NCBI GenBank assembly: GCA_963807635.1
Contig: CAWEDJ010000073.1
Location: forward strand, 1 to 64,000
Direction of reading: 5' to 3'
Origin: an uncultured cyanobacterium
Lineage (GTDB): Bacteria > Cyanobacteriota > Cyanobacteriia > Cyanobacteriales > Microcystaceae
Length of the DNA: 64,000 nt
In this document: in pieces, positions 21,474-32,557 of the stretch
How positions within the stretch are numbered: the first letter of the stretch is position 1
Layout: every line of letters starts with the position of its first letter
The notes under the pieces: model-generated
Database searches by the model: none
Seen by the model: the letters and a program-made list of their open reading frames with translations, nothing else
Told to the model about the DNA's origin: nothing
Made by a program: the position numbers and the translations under genes

Positions 21474-24400
21474 ATGACTACGACTCCCAAAAAGCGCAAA
21501 CGCGGTTTGCCCGTTAAACCAGAGGCATTACGTCTGATGGAAGAAAAAATGCGAGAAAAAGGTTTTAAATTTACTACTCAAGAGAGGATGTATGAAGAGC
21601 TTGCAGAAAAAGCTGGTTTATCTCCAGATACGATCAAAAATGTTTTCAACCCTCACCATGAACGAAATCCTGAAAAAAATACAGTTCAATTAATAGCAAG
21701 TGCATTGGATCTTTATCCTTGGGATATTGTTGAGGATTGGAATCCGCCTGAATCTTCAAGTCGCGTTAAATATACAAGTTCAAAAGTTTATATTCTTAAT
21801 CGTCAAATTTTCCAAGAGATGTTAGATAAACAACGAAGTTTAACTGCCAATCCCTTAGTTAATAAGAATTTTGAAGTATCTAGGTTGTATGTTCCATTAG
21901 GTTTAGTGGAAAGTAAAAAGCAAGAGCGGAGAAAAGATGTTAGTCCTGAAATGGGTTCTCGTTTATATCGTCCTGAAGAATATGAAGTTACTCGGCAATT
22001 TGAAAATGATGAATTTTTAACTGAAGTTTTATTACAGGGGAATAGTCCTAAAAGTCAAGGAAAACGAATTGCTATTATTGGTGAGCCAGGATCGGGAAAA
22101 ACAACTCGGTTACAGCAAATTGCGGACAGACTTTTTAAGGAAAATAACGATAATTTAGTAATTTTGATATCTTTAGCTGATTTACAGGATAAAAACCTAG
22201 ATGATTTTTTATTGAATACTTGGTTGAAAATTGCTCTAAAACAAAAAGAGGCTAGTAAAGAAAGTCAAAATGAATTAATTGAGAAATTTAATAAAGGTAA
22301 TGTCTGGTTATTATTAGATGGACTAGATGAAATTGTGATTGATAGTAATCCTTTATTCTGGGTTAATTCCCAAATTAAGGGATGGATTGAATCAGCAAAA
22401 GTTATTTTGACTTGTCGGGTTAATGTCTGGGAGTCGGGGAATAATTATCTGAGTAATTTTGATATTTATCGGAATTTAGATTTTTCTGAACCGCAACGAG
22501 ATGAGTTTATTTATAAATGGTTTACTGATCGTAATTTAGCAGATCAATTGATTACTGAACTTAATCGGGATGGAAAAGAAAGAATCAGAGATTTAGTTAA
22601 AAATCCATTACGATTAACGCTTGTTTGTTATTCCTGGGAAAATCATCAGGGTTCATTACCTGAAACAAAAGCAGGGCTTTATCAAGAATGTGTAGAAGCT
22701 TTTTACCAATGGAAAGAGGTCTATTTTAAAACGACTATTGCTCAAAGAAAGGCGTTAAATCAAGCACTAGGAGAATTAGCAAAACAGGCCTTAGAACAGG
22801 AATCATCAAAATTCCGTTTAACGAAAAGTTTTATCTCTGACGTTTTAGGAGAATCGGATGAGGGATTATTTAAGCTGGCTTTAGATTTGGGCTGGTTAAA
22901 TCGAGTTGGGGTGGCAGAAGAAAATCCTAATGAACAGGTTTATGCTTTCTTTCATCCTAGTTTTCAGGAATATTTTGTAGCTTATTCAATAACAGATTGG
23001 GATTTCTTTTTACCCCGTGATCACATCGATCAACCTGTAGAAGGAAAAGTCTATCGAATTTTTCAATTTCAGTGGAAGCAGATATTTTTATTATGGCTTG
23101 GTAGATCAGACAGAGAAATCACTAATTTAGAAAAAGATAAATTTATTGAAAAATTAGTAAATTTTGAAGATCACACTTGCGATTTTTATAGTGCTAAAAC
23201 TTATTTCCTTGCTGCAAGTGGTATTGCCGAATTCCGTAATTGTTTGATTGCAGATCAAATAATAAATAACTTAATCATTTTTAGCTTTGGTAGTTTTGAA
23301 GGTAAGGCAATAGCACCAATAGCTGATAATGCAAAGAAAACTTTGCTAGAAACGGATAGTCTTAGATTAGCTCCCTGTTTAAAAGAGTTTTTATGTTCTT
23401 TAGTAGAAAAGTATAATGAAAATAAATCATCTACAGTTTTCTCTTTAATAACAGAGGTTGCTTTTTTTTTAGCACAAATTGATTATACTGATGAATATCC
23501 AATTGACATTTTAATAGATTTCCCAAATGAGAAAAGTATAAAATATTTAACAATAATTGCTCAACGGAATCCTCGAATAATTGAGAATAGCAGATTAAAG
23601 GATTTATTTGAAAATTCGAGAAATGAGTTTTGGCAACCAGCAGCAGCATTAATATTTAGTGAAATTAAAAAATATCAGCAAAAAGCTGTCGAAAAATTAC
23701 AGATTTTAAGAACATCTGTTGATATTGATGAATCAATACGGGAATGGATAAGCATTTTATTGTCTGAGAAGAATTACAACACTAATAGTATTAACAAGAA
23801 TTCACAATCTAGATTTTCATTCGTTAGAGAGACTAATCCAATTAAGTTAATTAATCTAATGAAATTAAGTACAAATCATGTTGGATTTTTTGCTGCATTT
23901 ATGAATTTCAAAGAAATCATTTCTAGATCATCCGTTAAATATCAATTAAAAAAGAAAATATTTATTTTTGCTATTCAATCAGTAAAATCTAATTTTAACA
24001 GTAACTCTTATAAGTTGATGAGTTTAAATTCAAAATTAGTATATGAACTTCTTTGGTATTGTTCAGAAAATTTAAGCTATCCCGAATTTTATAAGGCATG
24101 GCATAATCAGCACAAAATTATCCATCCTGAAATTATAGAAATTTCTCCTTTAGGCAACACAACGATCGCCCAAAACCTAAACCAACAAATACTTGATCTT
24201 CCTTCCCAACTTCAACCCACCGAAAAAACCTATCCTCTCATCATCAACGCCCAATCTCTAGAAGACGAAAACGACAACAGCAGTATTGCCCAAGAACTCT
24301 GCAATCAAATCTATGCGATCGCGTTTCCCGATGACAATATTCCTGAAATTAACAACGCTCCCCAACTCAAACGCCTAATTCCTACCATCAAAAAACAGCT

Positions 24401-24587
24401 AAAAACTAAAAACTTAGCCCTAATTTTTTACAACGGAGAACCCAACGAAACCCTAATCAAATTCTGTAAAAAATTAACTGCTCCAATCCATATCAAATGG
24501 ATTACAGAACAATCTATTAAAATCGGTATTCCTCCCCAAGAAAATTTAGTCAACATTCTACAAAACTGGATCAACCAACTCGACTAA
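21474..24587 (+). CDS. HTH + NACHT NTPase + helical region + C-terminal alpha/beta domain (bacterial NLR-related)
   Basis: N-terminal XRE-like HTH (ELAEKAGLSPDTIKN), YVPLGLVE, GEPGSGKTT, LLLDGLDE, LTCR, NPLRL, FFHPSFQEYF. Confidence 0.85.
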   Translation: MTTTPKKRKRGLPVKPEALRLMEEKMREKGFKFTTQERMYEELAEKAGLSPDTIKNVFNPHHERNPEKNTVQLIASALDLYPWDIVEDWNPPESSSRVKYTSSKVYILNRQIFQEMLDKQRSLTANPLVNKNFEVSRLYVPLGLVESKKQERRKDVSPEMGSRLYRPEEYEVTRQFENDEFLTEVLLQGNSPKSQGKRIAIIGEPGSGKTTRLQQIADRLFKENNDNLVILISLADLQDKNLDDFLLNTWLKIALKQKEASKESQNELIEKFNKGNVWLLLDGLDEIVIDSNPLFWVNSQIKGWIESAKVILTCRVNVWESGNNYLSNFDIYRNLDFSEPQRDEFIYKWFTDRNLADQLITELNRDGKERIRDLVKNPLRLTLVCYSWENHQGSLPETKAGLYQECVEAFYQWKEVYFKTTIAQRKALNQALGELAKQALEQESSKFRLTKSFISDVLGESDEGLFKLALDLGWLNRVGVAEENPNEQVYAFFHPSFQEYFVAYSITDWDFFLPRDHIDQPVEGKVYRIFQFQWKQIFLLWLGRSDREITNLEKDKFIEKLVNFEDHTCDFYSAKTYFLAASGIAEFRNCLIADQIINNLIIFSFGSFEGKAIAPIADNAKKTLLETDSLRLAPCLKEFLCSLVEKYNENKSSTVFSLITEVAFFLAQIDYTDEYPIDILIDFPNEKSIKYLTIIAQRNPRIIENSRLKDLFENSRNEFWQPAAALIFSEIKKYQQKAVEKLQILRTSVDIDESIREWISILLSEKNYNTNSINKNSQSRFSFVRETNPIKLINLMKLSTNHVGFFAAFMNFKEIISRSSVKYQLKKKIFIFAIQSVKSNFNSNSYKLMSLNSKLVYELLWYCSENLSYPEFYKAWHNQHKIIHPEIIEISPLGNTTIAQNLNQQILDLPSQLQPTEKTYPLIINAQSLEDENDNSSIAQELCNQIYAIAFPDDNIPEINNAPQLKRLIPTIKKQLKTKNLALIFYNGEPNETLIKFCKKLTAPIHIKWITEQSIKIGIPPQENLVNILQNWINQLD

Positions 24588-24649
24588 ACTCAATATCGGC
24601 GATCGCAAAGTAATACAAAATAAATGATAATAATCCCTGAGAGAAACTT

Positions 24650-24949
24650 ATGAATAGACTAGAAATTCTCAAAAATCGCCTAACAGAACAGAAACTTCAC
24701 CTAGAAAAACAATTTCATGTTAGAAAATTAGGAATATTCGGCTCCTATGTCAGAGGAGAAGAAACCGCCATCAGCGATCTCGATATCTTAATTGAATTTG
24801 AATCAGGATATCGCTTTGGTTTATTAACCTTTTGCCACCTAGAAAACTATCTCAGCGATCTATTAGAAGTTAACGTCGATCTCGTCATGAAAGATAGCCT
24901 TAAACCCAAAATTGGGCAACAAATTCTCTCTGAAGTTATTTATATATGA
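24650..24949 (+). CDS. MNT minimal nucleotidyltransferase antitoxin
   Basis: GIFGSYVRGE...SDLDILIEF, VDLV. Confidence 0.9.
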   Translation: MNRLEILKNRLTEQKLHLEKQFHVRKLGIFGSYVRGEETAISDLDILIEFESGYRFGLLTFCHLENYLSDLLEVNVDLVMKDSLKPKIGQQILSEVIYI

Positions 24950-25293
24950 CCAAACGATATAGTCAAGATTATCTTAAAGATATAGAAGAAGCCATTCGTT
25001 TAGCCCTTGAATTTACTCAAGATATGGATTTTGATTCATTTTGTCAGGACACAAAAACTATTTTTGCTGTTACCAGAGCCATTCAAATTGTCGGCGAAGC
25101 AGTCAAGAAAATACCTGATAATATTAGACAACAATATCCTCAAATTCCTTGGAAAGACGTTGCTAAAATGAGAGACAAAGTAACTCATCAATATTTTGCT
25201 GTCAAATTGGATGTCGTTTGGGATACGGTTAAACAGGACTTTCCTCTGCTACAAACCTTAATTGCCGACATCTTAGAAAACTTCTCTGAATAG
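24946..25293 (+). CDS. HEPN (DUF86) RNase toxin
   Basis: IVGEAVK, IPWKDVAKMRDKVTHQYF (R-x4-H-x-Y); ATGA overlap with the MNT gene. Confidence 0.9.
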   Translation: MTKRYSQDYLKDIEEAIRLALEFTQDMDFDSFCQDTKTIFAVTRAIQIVGEAVKKIPDNIRQQYPQIPWKDVAKMRDKVTHQYFAVKLDVVWDTVKQDFPLLQTLIADILENFSE

Positions 25294-25455
25294 CTGAATT
25301 CTCGTTACCCCATTTAGCCAAAGAGCAATTATCAAAATTCATCGCTTTTTAAAATTCACAACTATCAACGATGGGCGATCACGTTTAGAGTTTCCCATTG
25401 ATCGGGATTTCTAGAGATACAATGAAAAAGACTGTCAAAAATCCTCTAGAATCTC

Positions 25456-27377
25456 ATGACCCTTTTTACCCTGCGATCGCTAAAAAAAGACTTTGGCATC
25501 AAAGAAATCCTCAAAGATGCCAACTTTAGCCTAGAAGAAGGCGATAAAGTCGGATTGATCGGGCGCAATGGCTCAGGTAAATCGACCCTATTAAAAATGA
25601 TTGCAGGGCTAGAATCCATCGATAGCGGTGAATTTTGGGTAAATGGGGGCGCGAAAATCGTCTATCTGCCCCAACAACCCGAAATGGACGATGAACATAC
25701 CGTCCTAGAACAGGTTTTTGTGGATAGTAACGAAAAAATGTCCTTAGTGCGAGAATATGAAGAAATTTCCGAAAAATTGTCCCATAGTCAGGGCGATACG
25801 GATAAATTAATGGCTCGGCTTTCGGTAGTGTCTGAACAAATGGATGCCTTGGGAGCCTGGGAACTGGAAAATAATGCCAAAATTATCCTCAATCAATTAG
25901 GAATCAACGATTTAGAAGCCAAAGTTGGTTCTCTCTCTGGCGGGTATCGTAAACGAATCGCGATCGCCTTTGCCCTTTTATTAGAACCCGATGTTTTATT
26001 AATGGATGAGCCGACCAATCACCTTGATGCCCTTTCGGTGGAATGGTTGCAGAGTTATCTCAAACGCTATCGGGGTGCATTATTACTGATTACCCATGAC
26101 CGTTATTTTTTAGATCAAGTCACCAATCGCATTCTAGAAATTGATCAGGCAGATTTGTTTTCCTATAGCGGCAATTATGCCTATTATTTAACCAAAAAAG
26201 CCGAAGCAGAGGAATCAGGGCAAAGCACTCAGCGCAAATTTGCAGGGGTTTTACGGCGAGAACTGGAATGGTTATCACGGGGGCCAAAAGCTCGTAGCAC
26301 CAAGCAAAAAGCCCGCATCGATCGCATTCGAGATATGCAGGCCCAAGAATTCAAACAAGATCAGGGCAAAGTCGAAATCACCACCGTTGGCCGTCGCATT
26401 GGCAAAAAAGTGATTGAGCTAGAAAATATTAGCAAATCCTACGGCGATCGCACCTTAATCGAAGATTTTACCTATATTTTTAATCCCGAAGACCGCATTG
26501 GCATTGTTGGCCCCAACGGTGCGGGCAAATCCACCCTGATGAATATCATTACGGGACGAGTGCAACCCGATCGCGGCTCTGTTAGTATTGGCTCGACCAT
26601 TCATTTTGGCTATTTTGACCAACATTCCGACGATTTAATGCCCAACGGGAGTCAACGGGTAATTGAATATCTCAAGGAAGTGGCGGAACTGGTGAAAACC
26701 TCCGACGGCACAGTGATCACCGCATCCCAAATGTTAGAACGCTTTTTGTTTCCGCCCGATCAACAGTATGCACCGATCAGCAAATTATCAGGAGGCGAAA
26801 AACGTCGCTTATTTTTATTACGAGTATTAATGGGTGCGCCCAATGTGTTAATTCTTGACGAACCGACTAATGATTTGGATGTGCAAACGTTAGGAGTTTT
26901 AGAAGATTATTTAGAAGATTTTAATGGTTGCGTGATTGTCGTTTCCCATGATCGCTATTTTCTAGACCGCACAGTGGATACTATTTTTGCTTTTGAAGAA
27001 GGGGGAAAACTGCGTCAATATCCAGGTAATTATTCTATTTATATAGAATACAAAAAAACAGAAGAAAATGCGGCTAAAAATTCAGACAATCTATCTACCA
27101 ATACCAGTAAATCGGTAACATCTAATATACCTGTTGCGACCGTTGATAAATCTGATAAATCTCGTAAATTATCTTTTAAAGAAAAAAAAGAATACGAAAC
27201 AATGGAAGCAAAGATCGCGAAACTAGAAGCTGAAAAAGAAACCATTGAGAAAACACTTTATAGCAATCCTTCTTCTGATTTTACTAAGGTACAAAAATTA
27301 ACGGAAAAGTTAGCCGAATTAACAGATGCGATCGATGCCGCAACGGAACGTTGGTTAGAGTTGCCGAAAGAGTTTAA
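25456..27377 (+). CDS. ABC-F family ATPase (Uup-like); true stop probably 27375-27377 after a 1-bp frameshift
   Basis: Two ABC domains (GRNGSGKS, GPNGAGKS) and DEPTN motifs; adding one base at ~27363 gives ...RWLELAERV*. Confidence 0.85.
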
Positions 27378-27461
27378 ACTTTTGATCAAGTTTTTGATCT
27401 TAAGGATATTTATGAATACTGAACCGAGTCTTTGGATTATTACCCGCGATCGCGAATTTCC

Positions 27462-28115
27462 TTAAAAATCTAAACCATCAAGTTCAGCATGAATTTTGCG
27501 TAAATTCTCCAAATATTTGATCGAACCAAAAGCAATATAAATAATCCCCCCTAATTCTAAAATCCAATTGATTTTAAAGCCCAATAAATGAACATGAAGT
27601 AACTGATCAACATGGTGAAAAGACGTTGCTCGAATCACAATAAAAGCACTTAAAAAAGCTAACCCATATAAAATAAACTTAAACTCTTTTCCCATTCCTC
27701 TAAAATATTTTTTGAACCAGGCTAAAAAAGCGGATAATCCAAAAATCAACCAGCCAATAAATAATAATTGAAATAAACGGCGATCGCCATACCAGCCGCT
27801 TGTTAATGCGAATTTTTTAGCCGTAATGGTGAACCAGGTTTGTAAATCTAATTGCTTATTAATTCCTAATAATAAAAAAATCAGAGCGAGTCCCCACCAG
27901 AGGCAATGGTAGTGATGGAGTTGATACCTATCGGGAATCCGAAAAGTTTGCTTTGCACAAATAATACACAGTACACCAGTCGCTAAATAAGCAAGTACCG
28001 TCAACCATCCCATAAAAGTCGGATCGCCAATGCCTGGTTGCCATTCGCCGTTGATGGTCGTGACTGCTGGAAAAGGTGAATTTTGAGCATCAAAAAAATA
28101 AAACAGCATGATCAA
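27462..28115 (-). CDS. multi-pass membrane protein of unknown function
   Basis: About 5 hydrophobic segments; WQPGIGDPT and INKQLDLQT motifs. Confidence 0.65.
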   Translation of the reverse strand: MIMLFYFFDAQNSPFPAVTTINGEWQPGIGDPTFMGWLTVLAYLATGVLCIICAKQTFRIPDRYQLHHYHCLWWGLALIFLLLGINKQLDLQTWFTITAKKFALTSGWYGDRRLFQLLFIGWLIFGLSAFLAWFKKYFRGMGKEFKFILYGLAFLSAFIVIRATSFHHVDQLLHVHLLGFKINWILELGGIIYIAFGSIKYLENLRKIHAELDGLDF

Positions 28116-28130
28116 AAGTGATTTCTGATC

Positions 28131-29085
28131 TTAATCCATTTCTAATAAAACCTTGAGAACTCCCCGTTGTTGGGCGTGTTTAAAAGCCGTTAAACCTTCG
28201 TTCAAAGGATACTTTGCTTGAATCAAGTTATCAACTTTAACCTTATTTTCTACTAGTAATTTTAAGGCTTTAGAAAAAAGGGCCACAACGGGAACCAATT
28301 AACGTAATTTCATCTACCACAATCGAAGAAATATCTAAGCTTAATTGATTGGCATAGGTACTCTTTAAAACCAAAATTCCCCTCGGTCTCAAGGCACGGC
28401 GGGCGATCGCAAACCCATCGGGATTACCTGTACATTCTACGGCAATATCAAATGCTCGGTCTGTCACCACTTCGGCAAAACCTGTGGCAATATTTTGGGC
28501 CGTTAAATTAGCCAACTTTTCCCCATGACGACCGATCGCTAATAAATCACAACCCGTTAAGGCGAGAGTTTGAGCGACTAATTGACCTAATTTACCGTCT
28601 CCGACCACTAAAACCTTCGTTTGGGGAGTGATAGTCACTTGTTCTTGGATTTCTAGGGCGGCGGCGATCGGCTCGGTAAAAGTCGCGGCATCGGTGCTAA
28701 CGGAGTCGGGGACGGGATATAAATTTTTCACGGGGAGCGCGAGATATTCGGCAAAGGCTCCATTGCGATTGACAATCCCCAATACGGTGCGATTTTCACA
28801 ATGAGTGGCTTGACCTGTCTGGCAATAACGACAATGGCCGCAGGTGGCGTTGATTTCTCCGACAACACGCTGATTAATCAAATCATCTGGCCCTTGCTCA
28901 ACAATGCCGACAAATTCATGGCCCAAAACTCCTTGATAGGGATAATAACCCCGCAACAATTCCAAGTCAGTGTTACAAATGCCCGCCCTTAACACTTTCA
29001 CTAAAGCTTCATCGGCGGCGATCGCGGGAAGAGGGATATCGTTACGCAATTCGAGGTGTTGATTTTCGAGCCAAATTCCTTTCAT
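28131..29085 (-). CDS. zinc-dependent alcohol dehydrogenase (MDR family), frameshift at ~28275
   Basis: GICNTD, GHEFVG, CGHCRYC, GDGKLG; the alternative frame continues GPFSKALKLL...GVLKVLLEMD*. Confidence 0.85.
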
Positions 29086-29184
29086 AATCAGAGAGTCAGA
29101 GAAATAATGTTAAAACCTGATTTTCAGATTACCGCAAAGATTGAGATTTGTCGCTAAAGTTATAGATTTTTAACAAATTTCCCC

Positions 29185-31830
29185 CTAAATTTTTTGAAGA
29201 AAAGATCTTTTTTGACTCATCTGGCTATCCTTAATCAGTTCTGTCGCTGCTTCGAGATTGAGCGGTTTTGCAAATAAATAGCCTTGACCAAATTCACAGC
29301 CCAAATTCTTTAACGTATCCTGTTCTAAAATAGTTTCAATTCCCTCTGCAACCACATCCATTTGCAAGTTATGGGCAAGCGTGACGATCGCATTAATAAT
29401 GCTAGATCCTGCTTTTTCTAATTGAATACGAGTCACAAAGGAACGGTCAATTTTCAAGGTATCAATCGGGAAACGATACAAACGACTGAGGGAAGAATAA
29501 CCCGTGCCAAAATCATCCAGAGATAATTTTAAATTAAGTTTTTTCAGATTTTCTAAAATTTCCACTTGAATGACGCTATCCATCAATGCATTTTCAGTAA
29601 TTTCTAACTTTAAATCCCAGCAGTCAAAGGAATATTTTTGAACGATATTCTCTACCACTTCTACAATATTTTGCTGTATTAATTCAATTGGTGAAAAATT
29701 AACACTCATACTCAAGATTTGATTAAACGGAATTTGCTCTTGCCATTGGGACATTTGTTGACAGGCAGCCTCTAAAACCCAGAGATCTAATACTTTAATT
29801 AAACCCGTTTCTTCGGCAATAGGAATAAATTCTCCTGGACTAATTAAGCCGTGAATTGGATGTTTCCAACGGATAAGAGCTTCAAATCCAGATAATTCTC
29901 CTGTTTTTAGGCAAATAATCGGTTGATAAAAAAGACAAAATTCTCCTTTTTTTAAAGCATCTCTTAATTCTCGCTCTAACTGAAATCTTCGCATAGCCGC
30001 TATCTGTAGGGAGCTAGTCATAACTTGATAGCGCGATTTCCCTTGTTGCTTTGCGTAATACATGGCAATGTCTGCATCTCGCAGAATATCTTCAGGTTTA
30101 GAATAGCCGATACTGCTGATTGTAATGCCAATACTAACGGTCACAAAAAGTTGATGATTTTCTAGATTAAAAGGATGATTGAGTTGGGTTAAAATTCGTT
30201 GGGCAATTTTATCAATATTGGCAATTTCATCAATATTTTCAACTAAGATGACAAACTCATCTCCTCCAAATCTGGCCACACAATCTGAGGGACGAACACA
30301 GGTGCGGATGCGATGGCTGACCTGTTTTAATAATTCATCTCCGACTAAATGACCTAAACTATCATTAACGACTTTAAAATCATCTAAGTCCAAAAAAAAC
30401 AAGGCAAAGTTTAAATTAGAATTACGTTGAGATTGCTCCAAGGATTCGGCTAATCTTTCCATTAATTGCACTCGATTGGATAATCCTGTTAAATAATCAT
30501 GAAGCGTTTTAAATTCTAATTCTTGAAAAACTTGCTTCAATTTAGCAGCCATTTGGTTAAAGGAATTTGCTAAATCGCCAATTTCATTGTTGTAGTATAA
30601 ATTAACTTTTTGGTCTAATTCTCCCGCCGCGATCGCCTTACTGGCTTGGTTAATCTTAAGAATCGGATCGGTGATCCAACGAGCAGTAAAAATACCAACT
30701 CCGATCGCCACAAACAGGGCAATCATGGAGACAATTAGGGTTAATCGACTGTTAGCCCAAATAATTTCCATAAAGTCTTTTTCGGGAATCACTACGCCAA
30801 TTAACCAATCAATACCCCCGCGATCGCGAAAGGGAATTACCCGAACAAAATTGCGTTGATTCTGTCCTTGAAAAGCAAAACTAAGAGGAGATTTTATCTC
30901 GGATAAATTGGGATATTTTTTAGTTAGATAGGCCGCTGTTTCTCGAATAATACTATCTTTACCGTGAGCAGCCAGTAATTTTTTCAAAGATGGATTTTTG
31001 ATTTGGGAATCTAATTTAAACTCAGAACTTGCAATAATTGATCCTGTGCCATCTAAAATAAAACTTTTTCCCGATGGACTAATTTCTAATTGACTCAAAA
31101 AATCACTAATATTAGAAAGGGTAATCGGTGTGTCCAAAACGCCTAGCTTTTTTCCCTGGGCATCATGGATTGGTAAAACCGTATCCAGGGCGATCCGAGA
31201 AGAATCAAACCACAAATAAATGGGAGTCCAGGTTGCTTCTTGGGCTTTCACTGCCTGCTGATACCAAGGACGAAGACGGGGATCATAGTTGGGAAAAACC
31301 TTCAATAATTTTCCCCTAGTGCCATCAGGGTTTAATTGATAGGTTTGATATTCTCCTTTCGTCGCTTTACTGACTATTTCAACTTGATATTGATTATCAT
31401 GGGTTCTGGCAATGCCTACATAATCGCCTGTTTCACTTCCCCAAGCAGTATAGGGAACAGAGCGAAAGGATCGCATTTGTTGGTATAAAAAATTCTCAAT
31501 TTTCGACAAATCGGTTACCGTAACGTCACTTTGAATCAGATAATTTTTATTAACTTGATTCATTAATTGGGCATTGTCGAGGAAATTTTTAACATGATTT
31601 TGAATCCGATTGCCGACTTCACTCCGCCATTGTTCGGCTATATTATTGATAGCAATTTGGCTAAATTTATTAGATAAAAAACTAATAATTCCGACAGCAA
31701 TAAAAATTTCAAAAGCAAAAGAAAAAATGAGAACCTGACGAATCGGTAACTTCATTAAAAATACTATAATAGAAAATCTTAAACTAAAATCAAAAACACG
31801 TGGAAATAGGTTTTGTTCATGATTTTGCAT
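29185..31830 (-). CDS. membrane Cache-HAMP-GGDEF-EAL c-di-GMP enzyme
   Basis: YDPRLRPWY Cache, NEIGDLANSFNQM HAMP, ARFGGDEF, GFEALIRW, DDFGTGYSS. Confidence 0.9.
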   Translation of the reverse strand: MQNHEQNLFPRVFDFSLRFSIIVFLMKLPIRQVLIFSFAFEIFIAVGIISFLSNKFSQIAINNIAEQWRSEVGNRIQNHVKNFLDNAQLMNQVNKNYLIQSDVTVTDLSKIENFLYQQMRSFRSVPYTAWGSETGDYVGIARTHDNQYQVEIVSKATKGEYQTYQLNPDGTRGKLLKVFPNYDPRLRPWYQQAVKAQEATWTPIYLWFDSSRIALDTVLPIHDAQGKKLGVLDTPITLSNISDFLSQLEISPSGKSFILDGTGSIIASSEFKLDSQIKNPSLKKLLAAHGKDSIIRETAAYLTKKYPNLSEIKSPLSFAFQGQNQRNFVRVIPFRDRGGIDWLIGVVIPEKDFMEIIWANSRLTLIVSMIALFVAIGVGIFTARWITDPILKINQASKAIAAGELDQKVNLYYNNEIGDLANSFNQMAAKLKQVFQELEFKTLHDYLTGLSNRVQLMERLAESLEQSQRNSNLNFALFFLDLDDFKVVNDSLGHLVGDELLKQVSHRIRTCVRPSDCVARFGGDEFVILVENIDEIANIDKIAQRILTQLNHPFNLENHQLFVTVSIGITISSIGYSKPEDILRDADIAMYYAKQQGKSRYQVMTSSLQIAAMRRFQLERELRDALKKGEFCLFYQPIICLKTGELSGFEALIRWKHPIHGLISPGEFIPIAEETGLIKVLDLWVLEAACQQMSQWQEQIPFNQILSMSVNFSPIELIQQNIVEVVENIVQKYSFDCWDLKLEITENALMDSVIQVEILENLKKLNLKLSLDDFGTGYSSLSRLYRFPIDTLKIDRSFVTRIQLEKAGSSIINAIVTLAHNLQMDVVAEGIETILEQDTLKNLGCEFGQGYLFAKPLNLEAATELIKDSQMSQKRSFLQKI

Positions 31831-31996
31831 TTGATTTTAGACTATTATGGTTAGATTATCTTTTTTGTAATCTCCTATACGAATTGCAAAAACATGAGTT
31901 CGTTATTATTTTTATTAGGTAAAATAATCCAAAAACAGGTGAATTCATTAAAGTGGCGATCGCGACTAAACCCACTTTAACGATCAATTCGCGTGA

Positions 31997-32506
31997 TTAA
32001 CTTGTTTTTTTAGGTAACTTAGCAAAACTTTTCTTGAAAATTTCAATGTCCATGCCGCCTTCTTTTTCAATCCCCAAGGCACTCTTAGCTTGACCTAAAT
32101 AAATAGGCTGAGAAATACCAGGTTTAGGATGTAGCATGGTTCGCGCTCGGACGGTTAAATTTTTATCTCCTGCTCTTGCACCACGACCATAGGAAAAATA
32201 ATCATTCGATGCCTGTAATAAAGTTGCTCGTAATTCCGTCTCGGTAATGGTCGGAGGCACGGAAATTACCACCTGATTTGCACCATTATCATAAACCCGA
32301 ATAAAACGAACCGCCCCTGGAACATCCGTGCGACTGAACAAACCTAGACTTAGCCCAAATAATCCGATAGTCAGAACCGCCATAAAACCCGTAATTCCCA
32401 CAAACCGAAAACGGAATCCCCACTTTAAAGCAAAAGCCAGAATAGTTAAAATCAGAGTGGCAATTGTTAGATAACCCGACCACTGTGTGTAAATTAAAAA
32501 GTCCAT
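31997..32506 (-). CDS. ycf51: Ycf51/DUF2518-family protein
   Basis: WGFRFRFVGITGF...YDNGANQVVI...LHPKPGISQPIYLG. Confidence 0.75.
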   Translation of the reverse strand: MDFLIYTQWSGYLTIATLILTILAFALKWGFRFRFVGITGFMAVLTIGLFGLSLGLFSRTDVPGAVRFIRVYDNGANQVVISVPPTITETELRATLLQASNDYFSYGRGARAGDKNLTVRARTMLHPKPGISQPIYLGQAKSALGIEKEGGMDIEIFKKSFAKLPKKTS

Positions 32507-32557
32507 AAAGTCAAGTTAAAGATTTAAATTCAAATATTAGAAACGACAACATAAACG

